Shown here piece by piece: positions 19,577 through 30,184 of a DNA stretch of 64,000 nucleotides. Within the stretch, counting starts at the first letter, position 1. Each line of letters begins with the position of its first letter. The notes below the pieces were generated by a model. That model did not search any database. It saw only the letters and a list, made by a program, of their open reading frames with translations, and was not told where the DNA came from. A program made the translations under genes and the position numbers. The DNA is from Desulfomonilia bacterium (GTDB lineage: Bacteria > Desulfobacterota > Desulfomonilia > UBA1062): the NCBI GenBank assembly GCA_050014195.1, contig JBEKDT010000002.1, positions 160,001 through 224,000 of the forward strand. The letters are read 5' to 3'.

Positions 19577-19770
19577 ATGAGCCCCTGTCTTAAAAATGTC
19601 GGCTTGAAGTCCAACGTCATAGCACGATGATCGTCTCAATGAAAACAGCCTTGCATCGATTGGGTCTTGATTCGTGCCATTCAATCAACTACAAAAGAAA
19701 CGTTTTTCCATGCATGCCCATCAATACTATCGGGCTGTCATGAAAAATGAACCCCTTTAGGAGGTTGATC

Positions 19771-20004
19771 ATGTCCGTGAGTTTTGAACAGGTGGAAAAG
19801 GCGCTCGAAAAGACCCGCACCGTTTTGAAGGGTGACGGTGGTGATGTAGAGCTTGTGGATGTCACTACAGACGGTATTGTCCAGGTGCGGCTTAAGGGCG
19901 CATGTAACGGATGCCCCATGGCAACCATGACGCTGAAATCCCTCATCGAGCGTGTACTCAAAAAAGAGGTGCCCGAGGTCAAGGAAGTGAAGGCTGTTGC
20001 TTAG
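19771..20004 (+). CDS. NifU/Nfu-domain Fe-S carrier
   Basis: DGGDVELV...LKGACNGCP motif; AGGAGG RBS. Confidence 0.92.
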   Translation: MSVSFEQVEKALEKTRTVLKGDGGDVELVDVTTDGIVQVRLKGACNGCPMATMTLKSLIERVLKKEVPEVKEVKAVA

Positions 20005-20050
20005 TTACAAGTGATCAGTGACTTGCAAGTGACTAGTGAATAAGGAACTG

Positions 20051-21052
20051 ATGAATTACAACAGCTTCCCCAGAACCGGATCCATCCGGGCCCTTACGGT
20101 TCCCCTTCCCGGCTTCCCCGATCTTATCTGTTCCAACATGTTTGTGCTGGGGAATGGGCCTGTAACCCTTATCGACACTGCCCCGAAATTTCCGGGTTCG
20201 CTTTATACCCTGGAGAAGCAGTTGAATGAAACAGGCCTCACCTGGAAAGACGTGGAGCGTATCATCATCACCCACGGCCATATCGACCACTTCGGCCTTG
20301 TGGGCCAGGTCCGCAGCGCATCCGGTCATGACATCCCCTGTTACATCCATGAAGACGACCTATGGAGGCTCGCAGGCGATTATATCAGAAACGGCATGTG
20401 GAGTGAGGAAGCCGAAGGTTTCTATGCAAAGGTAGGCATGCCTGCACAGACAGTAGAGCGGATGAAGCGACGCTCTCTCTTTTTTAAAAACCTCTGCGAT
20501 CCTGTGGATGATGCAATCCCCATGAAGGATGGTGATATCTTCAGCGGAGACGGTTTCGAGCTTTCGGTCATCCACACCCCCGGTCATTCACCGGGATGCT
20601 GCTGCCTGCACGAAAGGCACAGCCGCATCCTGTTCAGCGGTGATCACCTCCTCAAACATATCACCCCCAACCCTTTCCACGAGGTGAGCCGTTCCCGCCT
20701 GAAAGACCCCTCTTACAAGAGCCTCCAGGCATATATGGAATCGCTTAAGAGGCTTGAAAATCTCGATGTAAGCTATGTCTTCCCTGCACATGGAGAGTAT
20801 ATCAACCACATGGGGACACTCATCGAGGGATATCGGAAGCATCACGAGCAGCGAACTGAAGAAATATGGCACGTCTTGAATAAGCAAGTAAGTTCAATCT
20901 ATGGAATCATGCCCGATGTATTTCCGGGCGTCGAGGAATCCGAGGCATTCCTTGCCGTCTCCGAGATCCTTGTCCACCTGGAAATGCTCATTGATGAAGG
21001 CAGGGCTGAGCTTGTTGATGAGGGACAACCTGCACTCTTCCGCGCCATCTGA
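20051..21052 (+). CDS. MBL-fold metallo-hydrolase
   Basis: THGHIDHFG, TPGHSPG, FSGDH, PAHG. Confidence 0.9.
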   Translation: MNYNSFPRTGSIRALTVPLPGFPDLICSNMFVLGNGPVTLIDTAPKFPGSLYTLEKQLNETGLTWKDVERIIITHGHIDHFGLVGQVRSASGHDIPCYIHEDDLWRLAGDYIRNGMWSEEAEGFYAKVGMPAQTVERMKRRSLFFKNLCDPVDDAIPMKDGDIFSGDGFELSVIHTPGHSPGCCCLHERHSRILFSGDHLLKHITPNPFHEVSRSRLKDPSYKSLQAYMESLKRLENLDVSYVFPAHGEYINHMGTLIEGYRKHHEQRTEEIWHVLNKQVSSIYGIMPDVFPGVEESEAFLAVSEILVHLEMLIDEGRAELVDEGQPALFRAI

Positions 21053-21159
21053 ACCTTTCAAAAAGATTTCAATTATAGTAAAGATCCATTCCAAGCCTTG
21101 ATGTAACTGGGAAAATGATCAATATATGTTTCTAAAGGAGGGCGCTGGAAGTATTTGCT

Positions 21160-21771
21160 ATGCTTACAATTCCCGAACAAACTCATAATATCATAGAAGG
21201 CTGGATTCAACCCCGCAGCCGGGTGTTGGACCTGGGCTGTGGAGACGGCACGCTGCTGAACGACCTCATTGAGAAGAAGCAGGTGGACGGCATCGGCGTA
21301 GAGATTTCACAGGATATGATCGTGAAGTGCCTGGGTAAAGGCATCAGCGTCTACCAGGCGGACATCGACCGAGGGCTTTCCCAATGGGACGAACTCAGCT
21401 TTGACTACGTTGTCCTGAACGCCACCCTGCAGGTGATCCACCGGCCCGTGAGCGTGATCAACGAAATGCTCAGGGTGGGCAGGTGCGCCGTTATCTCGGT
21501 GTCCAACTTCGGCTATTGGGAGAACAGGGTAAGGATTCTCCTTAAGGGCTGCATCACCAACGAGATGAGGCTCACCGGCAGTTGGCATGATACACCGGTG
21601 ATTCGGTTCGTCTGTCTTTCCGAGTTCAGAAGTTTCCTTTATGACATGGGTGTTGAAGTGCTTGATGCCAGGTTCTTCCTGCCCTTTGACATCGCGGTAA
21701 TGAAAACCAGGACACCCCTGGATAACCTCCTTGTAAAAGAGGCTATCTTCATGCTGGGACGTGGTAAATAA
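21160..21771 (+). CDS. metW: Methionine biosynthesis protein MetW
   Basis: RVLDLGCGDG, DIDRGL, EMLRVG, NFGYW, W.DTP.I; adjacent to metX. Confidence 0.88.
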   Translation: MLTIPEQTHNIIEGWIQPRSRVLDLGCGDGTLLNDLIEKKQVDGIGVEISQDMIVKCLGKGISVYQADIDRGLSQWDELSFDYVVLNATLQVIHRPVSVINEMLRVGRCAVISVSNFGYWENRVRILLKGCITNEMRLTGSWHDTPVIRFVCLSEFRSFLYDMGVEVLDARFFLPFDIAVMKTRTPLDNLLVKEAIFMLGRGK

Positions 21772-21773
21772 GC

Positions 21774-22907
21774 GTGGAGAACATTGTAGAGACCAGCATT
21801 CTGCACATCGACAGGCCCTTCAGGTTGGAGTCCGGCGAAATGCTTCCAGGCCTGGATATCGCATACGAGGCCTATGGAAAGCTTAATGAGGCAAGAGATA
21901 ATGCCATCCTCATCGAGCATGCCCTTTCAGGAAACTCCCATGCTGCATTCTATCACAAGGGAGAGACAAAACCGGGGTGGTGGGATGTCATGATCGGTCC
22001 GGGCAAGGCCTTTGATACGGACAAATACTTCGTGATCTGCTCCAATGTCATCAGCGGCTGCAATGGCACCACCGGCCCTTCCTCAGTCAACCCGGCTACG
22101 GGCATGCCCTATGCGCTGACATTCCCGCCGGTCACCATGCGTGATATGGTGGAGGTGCAGCGGCTTCTTCTCGGACATCTCGGCATTGAACGTCTCAAGA
22201 GTATCGTGGGAGGCTCCATGGGCGGAATGCAGACCATGCAGTTCTTTTGCGACTACCCCTCTATCTTTGACTCATTTATCTGCATAGCATCAACCATGCG
22301 GCATTCCGCACAACAGATCGCCTTTAATGAAGTGGGCAGAAGGGCTATCATGGCGGACCCGAGGTGGAACGGGGGGAACTATTATAATGAGGTCCCGCCG
22401 GAGGGCGGGCTTTCAGTGGCACGGATGATCGGCCACATTACCTATATTTCGGAGAAGATGATGCAGGAAAAGTTCGGCAGACTCCGTAAGGGTAAAGATT
22501 CTAAAGCTGTTTTCAGACCTTCTTTCGAGGTGGAGCACTACCTGGACTATCAGGGCATTTCCTTTGTCCGTAGGTTCGATGCAAACAGCTACCTTTACAT
22601 TACCTCAGCCATCGACAACTTTGATCTTGTCTCCTCCATCAGCGGCACCACACGGTTCAGGGGGGATAATCGTGCCCGGGGAAAGGGTCTGGACACATTG
22701 AGGAAAAAGAAAGGCCTCGTTATCTCATTTACCTCGGACTGGCTCTATCCATCTCAGCAGGCTCAAGACATTGTTCGATTCTTCTCCGGGTTGAACGTGC
22801 GGGTTTCATATACCGAGATTGAAACCGACCACGGCCATGACGCTTTTCTTACAGACTACGTGCAAGTTTCCGTAATGGTTAAAAGTTTTCTAGACTCACT
22901 GAGCTAA
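21774..22907 (+). CDS. metX: Homoserine O-acetyltransferase
   Basis: HALSG, GWWD, GGSMGG, RFDANSY, SDWLYP, HGHDAFL. Confidence 0.93.
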   Translation: MENIVETSILHIDRPFRLESGEMLPGLDIAYEAYGKLNEARDNAILIEHALSGNSHAAFYHKGETKPGWWDVMIGPGKAFDTDKYFVICSNVISGCNGTTGPSSVNPATGMPYALTFPPVTMRDMVEVQRLLLGHLGIERLKSIVGGSMGGMQTMQFFCDYPSIFDSFICIASTMRHSAQQIAFNEVGRRAIMADPRWNGGNYYNEVPPEGGLSVARMIGHITYISEKMMQEKFGRLRKGKDSKAVFRPSFEVEHYLDYQGISFVRRFDANSYLYITSAIDNFDLVSSISGTTRFRGDNRARGKGLDTLRKKKGLVISFTSDWLYPSQQAQDIVRFFSGLNVRVSYTEIETDHGHDAFLTDYVQVSVMVKSFLDSLS

Positions 22908-23053
22908 TCCCATAAGATCTTTAATATCATCTCAAGTTACCCCCCTAAAAATAACGATAATTCCGTTAAGAGACCATTTCGGGGGATCACTGTACACTCG
23001 ATGAAGGATAGAGCGATGTTGCCGACCAAAGAAAAAATGAGAGAACTATAGGG

Positions 23054-26000
23054 ATGATCTATTCCTTCCTCACACATCAAATAGACTACCTTGCCTTCAT
23101 AACTGCCTTTTCACTGATGACCACCGGGATTGTGTTTCTCTTCCTTTCCATTGAGCACAAAGGCAGGCTGCCTTGGATATGGCCGGCTATGTTCGGACTG
23201 CTCCAGAGCATATACTGTCTCCTGACCATGCTTTCACTGAGCCTTCCCGACACGATTGTGTTACAGGCGGCTCAACCGGTAATTTATATACTCTCTTTCC
23301 TTGCCCTGGCCGAGTTCTCCCGCCGCTCCATGAGAATCCAGGCAGGCCATAATCCTGGAATATTGATATATATAGCACTACTCATTCCGGTCATGGTATC
23401 CGGAATATTCTCTTTGAGCTGTTTTGAGGCAGCCTGTTACCTCGCTTTTGCACTGCCCTCAGGCTTCCTGGCGGCCCTCATTCTCTGGAAGGAAAGGAGT
23501 ACAGGGCTGGAAACCCCGGCCGGGAAACGGCTTGGTCTGGCGAGCATATGCCTGCTCACCTATACCCTTATTATAATCATCATCGGGTCGGATACAGGCT
23601 TCTCCTTTGTCACTTTATTCATACCGGATGCCTATAATGGCATCTTAACATTTATTCTCCACCTTGGTCTTGCCATATCCTCGTTTGTCATGTTCATAGC
23701 ATTCACCCTATTCTTCTCATCGCTGAGCGAGAATTCTGAACAAACAGAAAAACATCTGCCGGTCACGAAATGGTTTGTATGGGCAATTGGATTTGTTTTG
23801 GTTGCAGGTTGGTTATTCACTGAGTGGACAGGCACACTTGAAGATAATACCCAGCGCAAAATTATCCTTACCCAGGCACGCATAGCTTCAAAGGCCATTG
23901 ACATACCCGCTCTGTTAACGCTTACCGGCAGTTCCGAGGACCTCGCCATACCTGGATACATACATATAAAATCACATCTCATGGGTATTCACAGCGCCAA
24001 TCCTTTGTATCGTTTTGTCTATCTCATGGGGAGGAAAGGCAAGAAAGTCTTTTTCTACGCAGACTCAGAGCTTCCTGATTCGAAAGACTATTCCCCTCCG
24101 GGCCAGCCCTATGAAGAATCCAAGGATGAATTCTTGCAGACATTCGATCCGGGTAATGAGATCACGGAAGGTCCCTTGAGTGATGAATGGGGAACCTGGA
24201 TAAGCACCTCCATACCGGTCAAAGATCCACAATCGGGCAAAGTCCTCGCCGTTCTTGGGATTGATGTCAACGCATCGACCTGGATGAGAAAAATCTATGC
24301 AGCCAGGAGGCAGCCCATCCTTGCGACAATGATCATAACACTGCTTGTGTTGGCCTTTGCCATAGATCGCAGGAGATCAAGGCTCTACCATCTCAAGGTC
24401 GTTCAGTCCGAGCAAAGGTTGCGCTATGCCATGGACGCAATGAGCGAAGGTGTATGGGACTGGGACATAAGGACAGGCAAGATCGATTACAACAAGCATT
24501 GGGTGGCAACGCTGGGTTATTCCTTTGAAGAGATCCCCTTGCTCGGTGATATCCGGAAAAGCATCATCCATCCCGATGACCTTCCCGTTGTAACGGAGTC
24601 CCTTGAAGCATACCTTCTGGGGAGAACACCCATTTACGAATGTGAGGCCCGCCTGAAAACAGCGACGGGTGAATACCGGTACATCCTGGACCGGGGCAAG
24701 GTAGTGGAAAAGGATGCTGAAGGGGCGCCTATCCGGATGGTCGGGACCTTTACGGACATCACGTTGCGCAAAAAGATTGAACAGGACCGCAGGAGGAGCG
24801 AGGAGCAGTATCGGCAGCTGGTGGAAAACGCCAGTGATGTAATTGTTGAGACCGATGCTTCGGGATATATCCAATTCATCAATCCTGCCTGCGAGAGACT
24901 CATAGGTTACACAACCGATGAATGTGTGGGAAAACACTACCTGGATTTTATCCGGTCCGATTTCCATAAAGAATTTGCCAGGGCAACAGGCCGTCAGTTC
25001 GTGAAAAAAACCCCAAGTATTTATTTCGAGGCTGCCCTTATAAGAAAAGACGGGGGCGAGGTCTGGATCGGGCAGAATATAAAGCTTCTCCGCGATGGCG
25101 ATACCCCCTTGGGGTTCCATGCAGTAGCCCGCGATATCACGGAAATAAGACGGGCAGAGGATGCCTTAAGAAAAAGCGAGGAACAGTATCGCCAGCTCGT
25201 GGAAAATGCCAGCGACATAATCTATGAGACCGATGCCTCGGGGTACTTCCGGTACCTCAATCCTGCGGCTGAGAAGAACTGCGGATACTCCATCAACGAG
25301 TTCATCGGCAAACACTATATGGATTTTATCCCGAAGCGATATCACAATGAACTTGCAAGGCTGGTGGGCCGGCAGTTTGTAAAAAAGATCCCGACCATAT
25401 CCCATGAAATCCCCATGATCACCAAGGACGGCCGCGAGGTCTGGCTCTGGCAGAGTGTGAGTCTTATCTTTGATAATGATACAGATACCGTCACAGGTTT
25501 CCGTGTTGTTGCCCGTGACATCACCGAGAAGAAACAGGCCGAGGATGCCCTCAAGGAGAGTGAAGAACGCCTCCATGCGGTGTTCGACCACGTCCAGGCC
25601 GGAATCATCCTGATAGATCCAGCAACACATACCATAATAAGCACGAACAAGATGGCAGCGGATCTGTGCGGCACAACCCCTGAACAGATGACAGGACGTA
25701 TATGCCATGATCAAATCTGCCCTGCCGTTAAAGGAGAATGCCCCATTACCGACCTCGAGCAGACTGTTGATAATGATGAACGTACATTGCTGACCCTTGA
25801 TGGAAGGAGGATCCCCATCCTCAAGACCGTGATAAATGTCTCCATCGGAGGGAAGGCATATCTGCTGGAGAGCTTCATCGATATCACGGCCAGGAAACGG
25901 GCAGAAGAGGCCTTGCTCCAATCCAAGGAGGAACTGGAAAAAACCAACAAGCTTCTGGAACAGGCCAATCTTCTCGGTATCGAGATGACTATCAAGGCCG

Positions 26001-28033
26001 AGACGGCAAACAAAGCCAAAAGCGAGTTTCTGGCCAACATGAGCCATGAGATCCGCACCCCGATGAACGGCATCCTCGGTATGAGTGAACTCCTGCTGGG
26101 AACCGACCTTAATGCCAAGCAGGTCCAGTATGCCGATATCATCAGGAAAAGCGGTGATGCACTCATTAACCTCATCAACGATATCCTGGACTTCTCAAAA
26201 ATTGAGGCTGACAAGCTCGACCTTGAAGTCATTGACTTTGACCTGCGTGTGACAATTGAGGACCTGGCCGATTTGCTGTCAGTCCGCGCTGCTGAGAAAG
26301 ACATAGAGCTCTCCTGTCTCATCGAGCCCGAAGTGCCGACCCGCCTGCGCGGTGACCCCGGCAGGCTTCGCCAGATCATCATGAACCTCTCGGGGAATGC
26401 ATTGAAGTTTACCGACCAGGGTGAAGTGGCAATAATGGTTGGCCTGATCGAAGAAAGAGATGAATCCGTATCACTCAAATTTTCCATTTCCGATACCGGT
26501 ATCGGCATCCCTTCCGACAAGATCCCCATTCTATTCAGCGCCTTTACCCAGGTGGATACGTCGACCACGCGCAAGTACGGCGGGACAGGCCTCGGTCTTG
26601 CCATTTCCAAACGGCTCGTTGAGATGATGGGCGGCACAATTTCAGTTGAGAGCACTGCGGGGCTGGGCGCTACCTTCACCTTCACGGCAATGTTCATGAA
26701 GCAGCCGTGGGTAGCCCCGGCGTGGCCGAAAATGCTTGAGGGGATATCAGGCCAGCATGTACTCATTGTTGACGACAATGCCACCAACAGGGCTGTCCTG
26801 TCACTCCTCTGCGACACCTGGGGTGTGCGTTATGAAGAGGCATCGGGTGGAGAGGAAGCCCTTATACTGCTCAAAGGGGCCCATCAAAAGGGCGATCCAT
26901 TCCGTGTGGCTATCTTAGATGCCATCCTGAAGGGCATGAGCGGGGAAGAACTCGGCCGCAACATAAGGAAAGACCCGCTCATCAAGGACACGTCTCTCGT
27001 AATGCTCTCTTCTCTTGCCCAAAGAGGCGAGGCATCAAGATTGAAAGAAGCCGGATTCGATGCCTATCTCACCAAGCCGGTTAAACAATCACAACTATTT
27101 GACTGCCTAACAACGGTCCTGGGCATACAGAATGAAAGCGTGCAACAAGGCAGCCCCTGGCCGCTCGTAACACGCCATAGTATAAGCGAGGAAAAACGCC
27201 GGAGGGTGCGCATACTCCTGGTGGAGGATAACCATACGAACCAGCTGGTGGCCATGGGCATCCTGGAGAACCTGGGATATCAAACGTCTGTCGCTCACAA
27301 TGGGATTGAGGCCATAAAGGCCCTGGAAACCTCGCACTATGACCTTGTTTTCATGGACTGCCAGATGCCCGGCATGGATGGCTTCGAGACGACCTCCATC
27401 ATCCGCGATTCTCATTCCGGTGTTATGAACCACTCTGTCCCCATTATTGCCATGACTGCGCATGCCATGAAAGGCGATCGCGAAAAGTGCCTGGCAGCCG
27501 GTATGGATGATTACCTCTCAAAACCCATCCGTTCCTCAGACATCGCCGATATGCTCAAGAAATGGCTGGGCAGTCTTGACGCAAAATCATCAGACAGGGA
27601 GCAGAAAAATCTTGTTCTTCCTGTTCCAGGCAGGCCTTCGCCTGTGATAGAACTTGAGTCTGCCCTCAATGCAGAGCCTGTCTTTGATACTGCAGATCTC
27701 CTAGACAGGTTTGATGGTGATGAAGAACTGGTGCGAACAGTACTCAGCGCCTTCTTCCAAGACATTCCGAACACTGTCTCTCAATTAAGAGTTGCGCTTG
27801 AGAAGGCGGATACTCCTGGAATAGGGCTGCATGCGCATACCATCAAGGGAGCATCGGGTAATGCAGGGGGGGTGGCAATGCAAGAAATTGCATTCAAGAT
27901 CGAGACGGCAGGCAAGGCTGGTGACATGGGGGCTGCCGCCATTTTGATGCCGGAGCTTCTTCGTCAATTTGATCTTTTCAAGATTGCTGCCGAAAAGAGC
28001 GGATGGATTGGAAAGGAAGAACAACGCCAATGA
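23054..28033 (+). CDS. Membrane hybrid sensor histidine kinase (TM, Cache-like, 4 PAS, HisKA/HATPase, 2 REC, Hpt)
   Basis: FLANMSHEIRTPMNG, GGTGLGL, MDCQMP, AHTIKGAS. Confidence 0.93.
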   Translation: MIYSFLTHQIDYLAFITAFSLMTTGIVFLFLSIEHKGRLPWIWPAMFGLLQSIYCLLTMLSLSLPDTIVLQAAQPVIYILSFLALAEFSRRSMRIQAGHNPGILIYIALLIPVMVSGIFSLSCFEAACYLAFALPSGFLAALILWKERSTGLETPAGKRLGLASICLLTYTLIIIIIGSDTGFSFVTLFIPDAYNGILTFILHLGLAISSFVMFIAFTLFFSSLSENSEQTEKHLPVTKWFVWAIGFVLVAGWLFTEWTGTLEDNTQRKIILTQARIASKAIDIPALLTLTGSSEDLAIPGYIHIKSHLMGIHSANPLYRFVYLMGRKGKKVFFYADSELPDSKDYSPPGQPYEESKDEFLQTFDPGNEITEGPLSDEWGTWISTSIPVKDPQSGKVLAVLGIDVNASTWMRKIYAARRQPILATMIITLLVLAFAIDRRRSRLYHLKVVQSEQRLRYAMDAMSEGVWDWDIRTGKIDYNKHWVATLGYSFEEIPLLGDIRKSIIHPDDLPVVTESLEAYLLGRTPIYECEARLKTATGEYRYILDRGKVVEKDAEGAPIRMVGTFTDITLRKKIEQDRRRSEEQYRQLVENASDVIVETDASGYIQFINPACERLIGYTTDECVGKHYLDFIRSDFHKEFARATGRQFVKKTPSIYFEAALIRKDGGEVWIGQNIKLLRDGDTPLGFHAVARDITEIRRAEDALRKSEEQYRQLVENASDIIYETDASGYFRYLNPAAEKNCGYSINEFIGKHYMDFIPKRYHNELARLVGRQFVKKIPTISHEIPMITKDGREVWLWQSVSLIFDNDTDTVTGFRVVARDITEKKQAEDALKESEERLHAVFDHVQAGIILIDPATHTIISTNKMAADLCGTTPEQMTGRICHDQICPAVKGECPITDLEQTVDNDERTLLTLDGRRIPILKTVINVSIGGKAYLLESFIDITARKRAEEALLQSKEELEKTNKLLEQANLLGIEMTIKAETANKAKSEFLANMSHEIRTPMNGILGMSELLLGTDLNAKQVQYADIIRKSGDALINLINDILDFSKIEADKLDLEVIDFDLRVTIEDLADLLSVRAAEKDIELSCLIEPEVPTRLRGDPGRLRQIIMNLSGNALKFTDQGEVAIMVGLIEERDESVSLKFSISDTGIGIPSDKIPILFSAFTQVDTSTTRKYGGTGLGLAISKRLVEMMGGTISVESTAGLGATFTFTAMFMKQPWVAPAWPKMLEGISGQHVLIVDDNATNRAVLSLLCDTWGVRYEEASGGEEALILLKGAHQKGDPFRVAILDAILKGMSGEELGRNIRKDPLIKDTSLVMLSSLAQRGEASRLKEAGFDAYLTKPVKQSQLFDCLTTVLGIQNESVQQGSPWPLVTRHSISEEKRRRVRILLVEDNHTNQLVAMGILENLGYQTSVAHNGIEAIKALETSHYDLVFMDCQMPGMDGFETTSIIRDSHSGVMNHSVPIIAMTAHAMKGDREKCLAAGMDDYLSKPIRSSDIADMLKKWLGSLDAKSSDREQKNLVLPVPGRPSPVIELESALNAEPVFDTADLLDRFDGDEELVRTVLSAFFQDIPNTVSQLRVALEKADTPGIGLHAHTIKGASGNAGGVAMQEIAFKIETAGKAGDMGAAAILMPELLRQFDLFKIAAEKSGWIGKEEQRQ

Positions 28034-28437
28034 AAGCACTCATTGTTGAAGATGAATTGACGAGCAGGATCATCCTGCAAAAGATCTTATCGCCCTATGG
28101 AGAAGTGCACCTGTGCCTGGATGGTAACGAGGCGATCGATGCCTTCAGCTCCGCCATCGATCAGGGCGCGCCATTCGACCTGATCTGCATGGACTTCATA
28201 ATGCCTAAATTAGATGGACACACCGCGTTAACCCGTATAAGGGAAATCGAGAAAGAAAAAGGCGGCTATCTTGGGAAAAGGGTGATGGTCATCATGACCA
28301 CGGGGTTAAGCAATATTGAAACAGAGTATGCCGACATTACGGCAATGTGTGAAGCTATCCTCCATAAACCGATCCGAAAGTACTTACTTATCGAGACCAT
28401 TGAGAAGCTCGGTTTTTCACAAAACAGCAACAGTTGA
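28030..28437 (+). CDS. Single-domain response regulator
   Basis: LIVEDE, MDFIMP, KP; ATG overlaps the end of the kinase gene. Confidence 0.9.
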   Translation: MKALIVEDELTSRIILQKILSPYGEVHLCLDGNEAIDAFSSAIDQGAPFDLICMDFIMPKLDGHTALTRIREIEKEKGGYLGKRVMVIMTTGLSNIETEYADITAMCEAILHKPIRKYLLIETIEKLGFSQNSNS

Positions 28438-28471
28438 ACCCGATTGATTGCACGTGTACAATCATGAGGTC

Positions 28472-29461
28472 ATGAATCATATCCTCATCCCTGTCGGGCA
28501 TCATCCGGGTAGACATTGCGCCAGCACTGCGATCTGCAACATGGTCAATTTTCACGGCATCGGCTTCAGCGAGGCCATGTGCTTCGGAATAGGCGCGGGG
28601 CTTGGGATCTGGTACCTGAGCTACCCGGGTATACAGCCCAGCAGGATGATCCACGTACGCTCGGCAGACATCGAGGCCCAGTTCTTCAACCGGATGGGCA
28701 TCCCCTTTTCCTGGCAGCAATACAAAGACCCCCTTCAGGCTGAAAAGGCACTGTGCAGGAGCCTGGATAACGGCCTGCCATCCATCGTTCAGACCGACAT
28801 CTACCATCTCCCCTACTATAACTCCAGCACACACTTTCCGGGCCATGACATCACGATATGGGGATATGACTCATCCGGAGGTGAATTCCTCATCACGGAT
28901 ACTGAACGTGAGGTGCTCCTGTCAGTCCCATTTGAAAACATGCGCAAGGCGCTTTATGCAAAGGGCGGATTTTTCACCATGGAGGGTAATCAGTTTGCCC
29001 CGGAAAGACTGATCATGCCTTCAGACATGCCGGATGTGATCCGCAGGGCCGTTGCCCATAACAGCCGCGTGATCCTCTCGGATGGCTATGACTTCCAAGG
29101 CATTATAGGCCTTGGAAAATGGATGAGAGAACTTGTTGACTGGCCGCAGTATCCCGACCGGCAGTGGACGGCCCGCTTTGCCTACCAAGTCATTGAGCGG
29201 CGCGGCACCGGCGGTGGGGGCTTTCGCCTCATGTATGCGGACTTTCTCCAGGAAGCCCACGCCTATGTTCCTGAGATCTCATCCCGGGGCCTTTCCATGA
29301 ACATGCGCGAGATAGGCCATGCCTGGACCGAGCTGGCTCTCAGTCTCAAGCATGTATCCGAACAGACCATGCCCGATTTCAGCGCCGTTCTCGAACAGCT
29401 GAAGAAGGTCCGTAAGCTGGAAGCTGCGTATCACCGTGAGGCAATTGAGCTGAGTGAATAG
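28472..29461 (+). CDS. BtrH N-terminal / DUF4872 papain-like protein
   Basis: HCAS, SEAMCFGIGAGL, LPYY..HFPGH, ERRGTGGGGFR. Confidence 0.8.
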   Translation: MNHILIPVGHHPGRHCASTAICNMVNFHGIGFSEAMCFGIGAGLGIWYLSYPGIQPSRMIHVRSADIEAQFFNRMGIPFSWQQYKDPLQAEKALCRSLDNGLPSIVQTDIYHLPYYNSSTHFPGHDITIWGYDSSGGEFLITDTEREVLLSVPFENMRKALYAKGGFFTMEGNQFAPERLIMPSDMPDVIRRAVAHNSRVILSDGYDFQGIIGLGKWMRELVDWPQYPDRQWTARFAYQVIERRGTGGGGFRLMYADFLQEAHAYVPEISSRGLSMNMREIGHAWTELALSLKHVSEQTMPDFSAVLEQLKKVRKLEAAYHREAIELSE

Positions 29462-29569
29462 TGACTAGTGAATAGGTAGGGAAGATTCATTGGTGCCGCT
29501 AGAGCGCGACAATGGATATTTTATGGAAAAAGGTTTTAATTCGTGTATACCGACTCCTGAATCCTGCTT

Positions 29570-29634
29570 AAAAAAAAGGGACGTTTCCCTTCTCTGAGCG
29601 GATCGTATCCTGCTCAGCGAAGATGAAACGCCCT
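29570..29634 (-). terminator. Long-stem intrinsic terminator of hup
   Basis: On the - strand an interrupted stem of about 25 bp (AGGGCGTTTC..CTGAGC..GCTCAG..GAAACGTCCCT) followed by a T-run. Confidence 0.75.
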
Positions 29635-29654
29635 CTTCTTACTGGCTTATTGAG

Positions 29655-29936
29655 TTACCTGCCCTTGTTGACTGTTTCCTTCAGGGCCTTGCCTGCCTTG
29701 AAACGAGGAACCTTACTTGCCTTGATCTTGATCTTCTTCTGTGTGCGCGGGTTGATCCCTTCGCGTGCCGCCCTCTTGGCAACCTCGAATGTACCGAATC
29801 CCACCAAGGTAACCTTCTCGCCCTTCTTCAGAGCGGCCTTGATAGCGTCGAGAATGGCATCCACCACTGTTGCCGATGCTACCTTTGACTTGCCTGTCTT
29901 CTTTGCAATTGCATCAACCAATTCCGACTTCGTCAT
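29655..29936 (-). CDS. hup: DNA-binding protein HU
   Basis: MTKSELV, GFGTF, RAAREGINPRT, PRFKAGKALK. Confidence 0.95.
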   Translation of the reverse strand: MTKSELVDAIAKKTGKSKVASATVVDAILDAIKAALKKGEKVTLVGFGTFEVAKRAAREGINPRTQKKIKIKASKVPRFKAGKALKETVNKGR

Positions 29937-30086
29937 ACTTCATCCCCCTCTAAAATAAGTATTTTCCTGCTTCCATGACCGGGTACCGGCCTGAAAGCAA
30001 GTGTTTATCCCTTTCTTCGGCAACAAGGTTCTGAAACATTAATTTCTTTCATAAGTTATCATCATGACCTTTGCCCAATAGCCTAA

Positions 30087-30161
30087 GTCATTGCAAGGAT
30101 GCATCGAGGAAGAATGCCTGCGAAGCAATCAGAGGGATTGCTTCCCTACGCTCGCAATGAC
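30087..30161. repeat. GTCATTGC...GCAATGAC palindromic element (REP/RPE-like)
   Basis: Outer inverted repeat GTCATTGC/GCAATGAC and inner GAAGCAATC/GATTGCTTC. Confidence 0.7.
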
Positions 30162-30184
30162 ATGCACTTACAAATCTTAAGTTA

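Noticed and set aside
21053-21159. SAM riboswitch upstream of metW-metX
   Set aside because: No SAM-I core motifs or terminator; the leader is short and AT-rich.
22908-23053. c-di-GMP-I riboswitch or sigma-28 promoter before the hybrid kinase
   Set aside because: Only a TTGCCGA-like end is present, without the GGCAAA/GCAAA core; TCAA...AACGATAA spacing is 17 rather than about 15.
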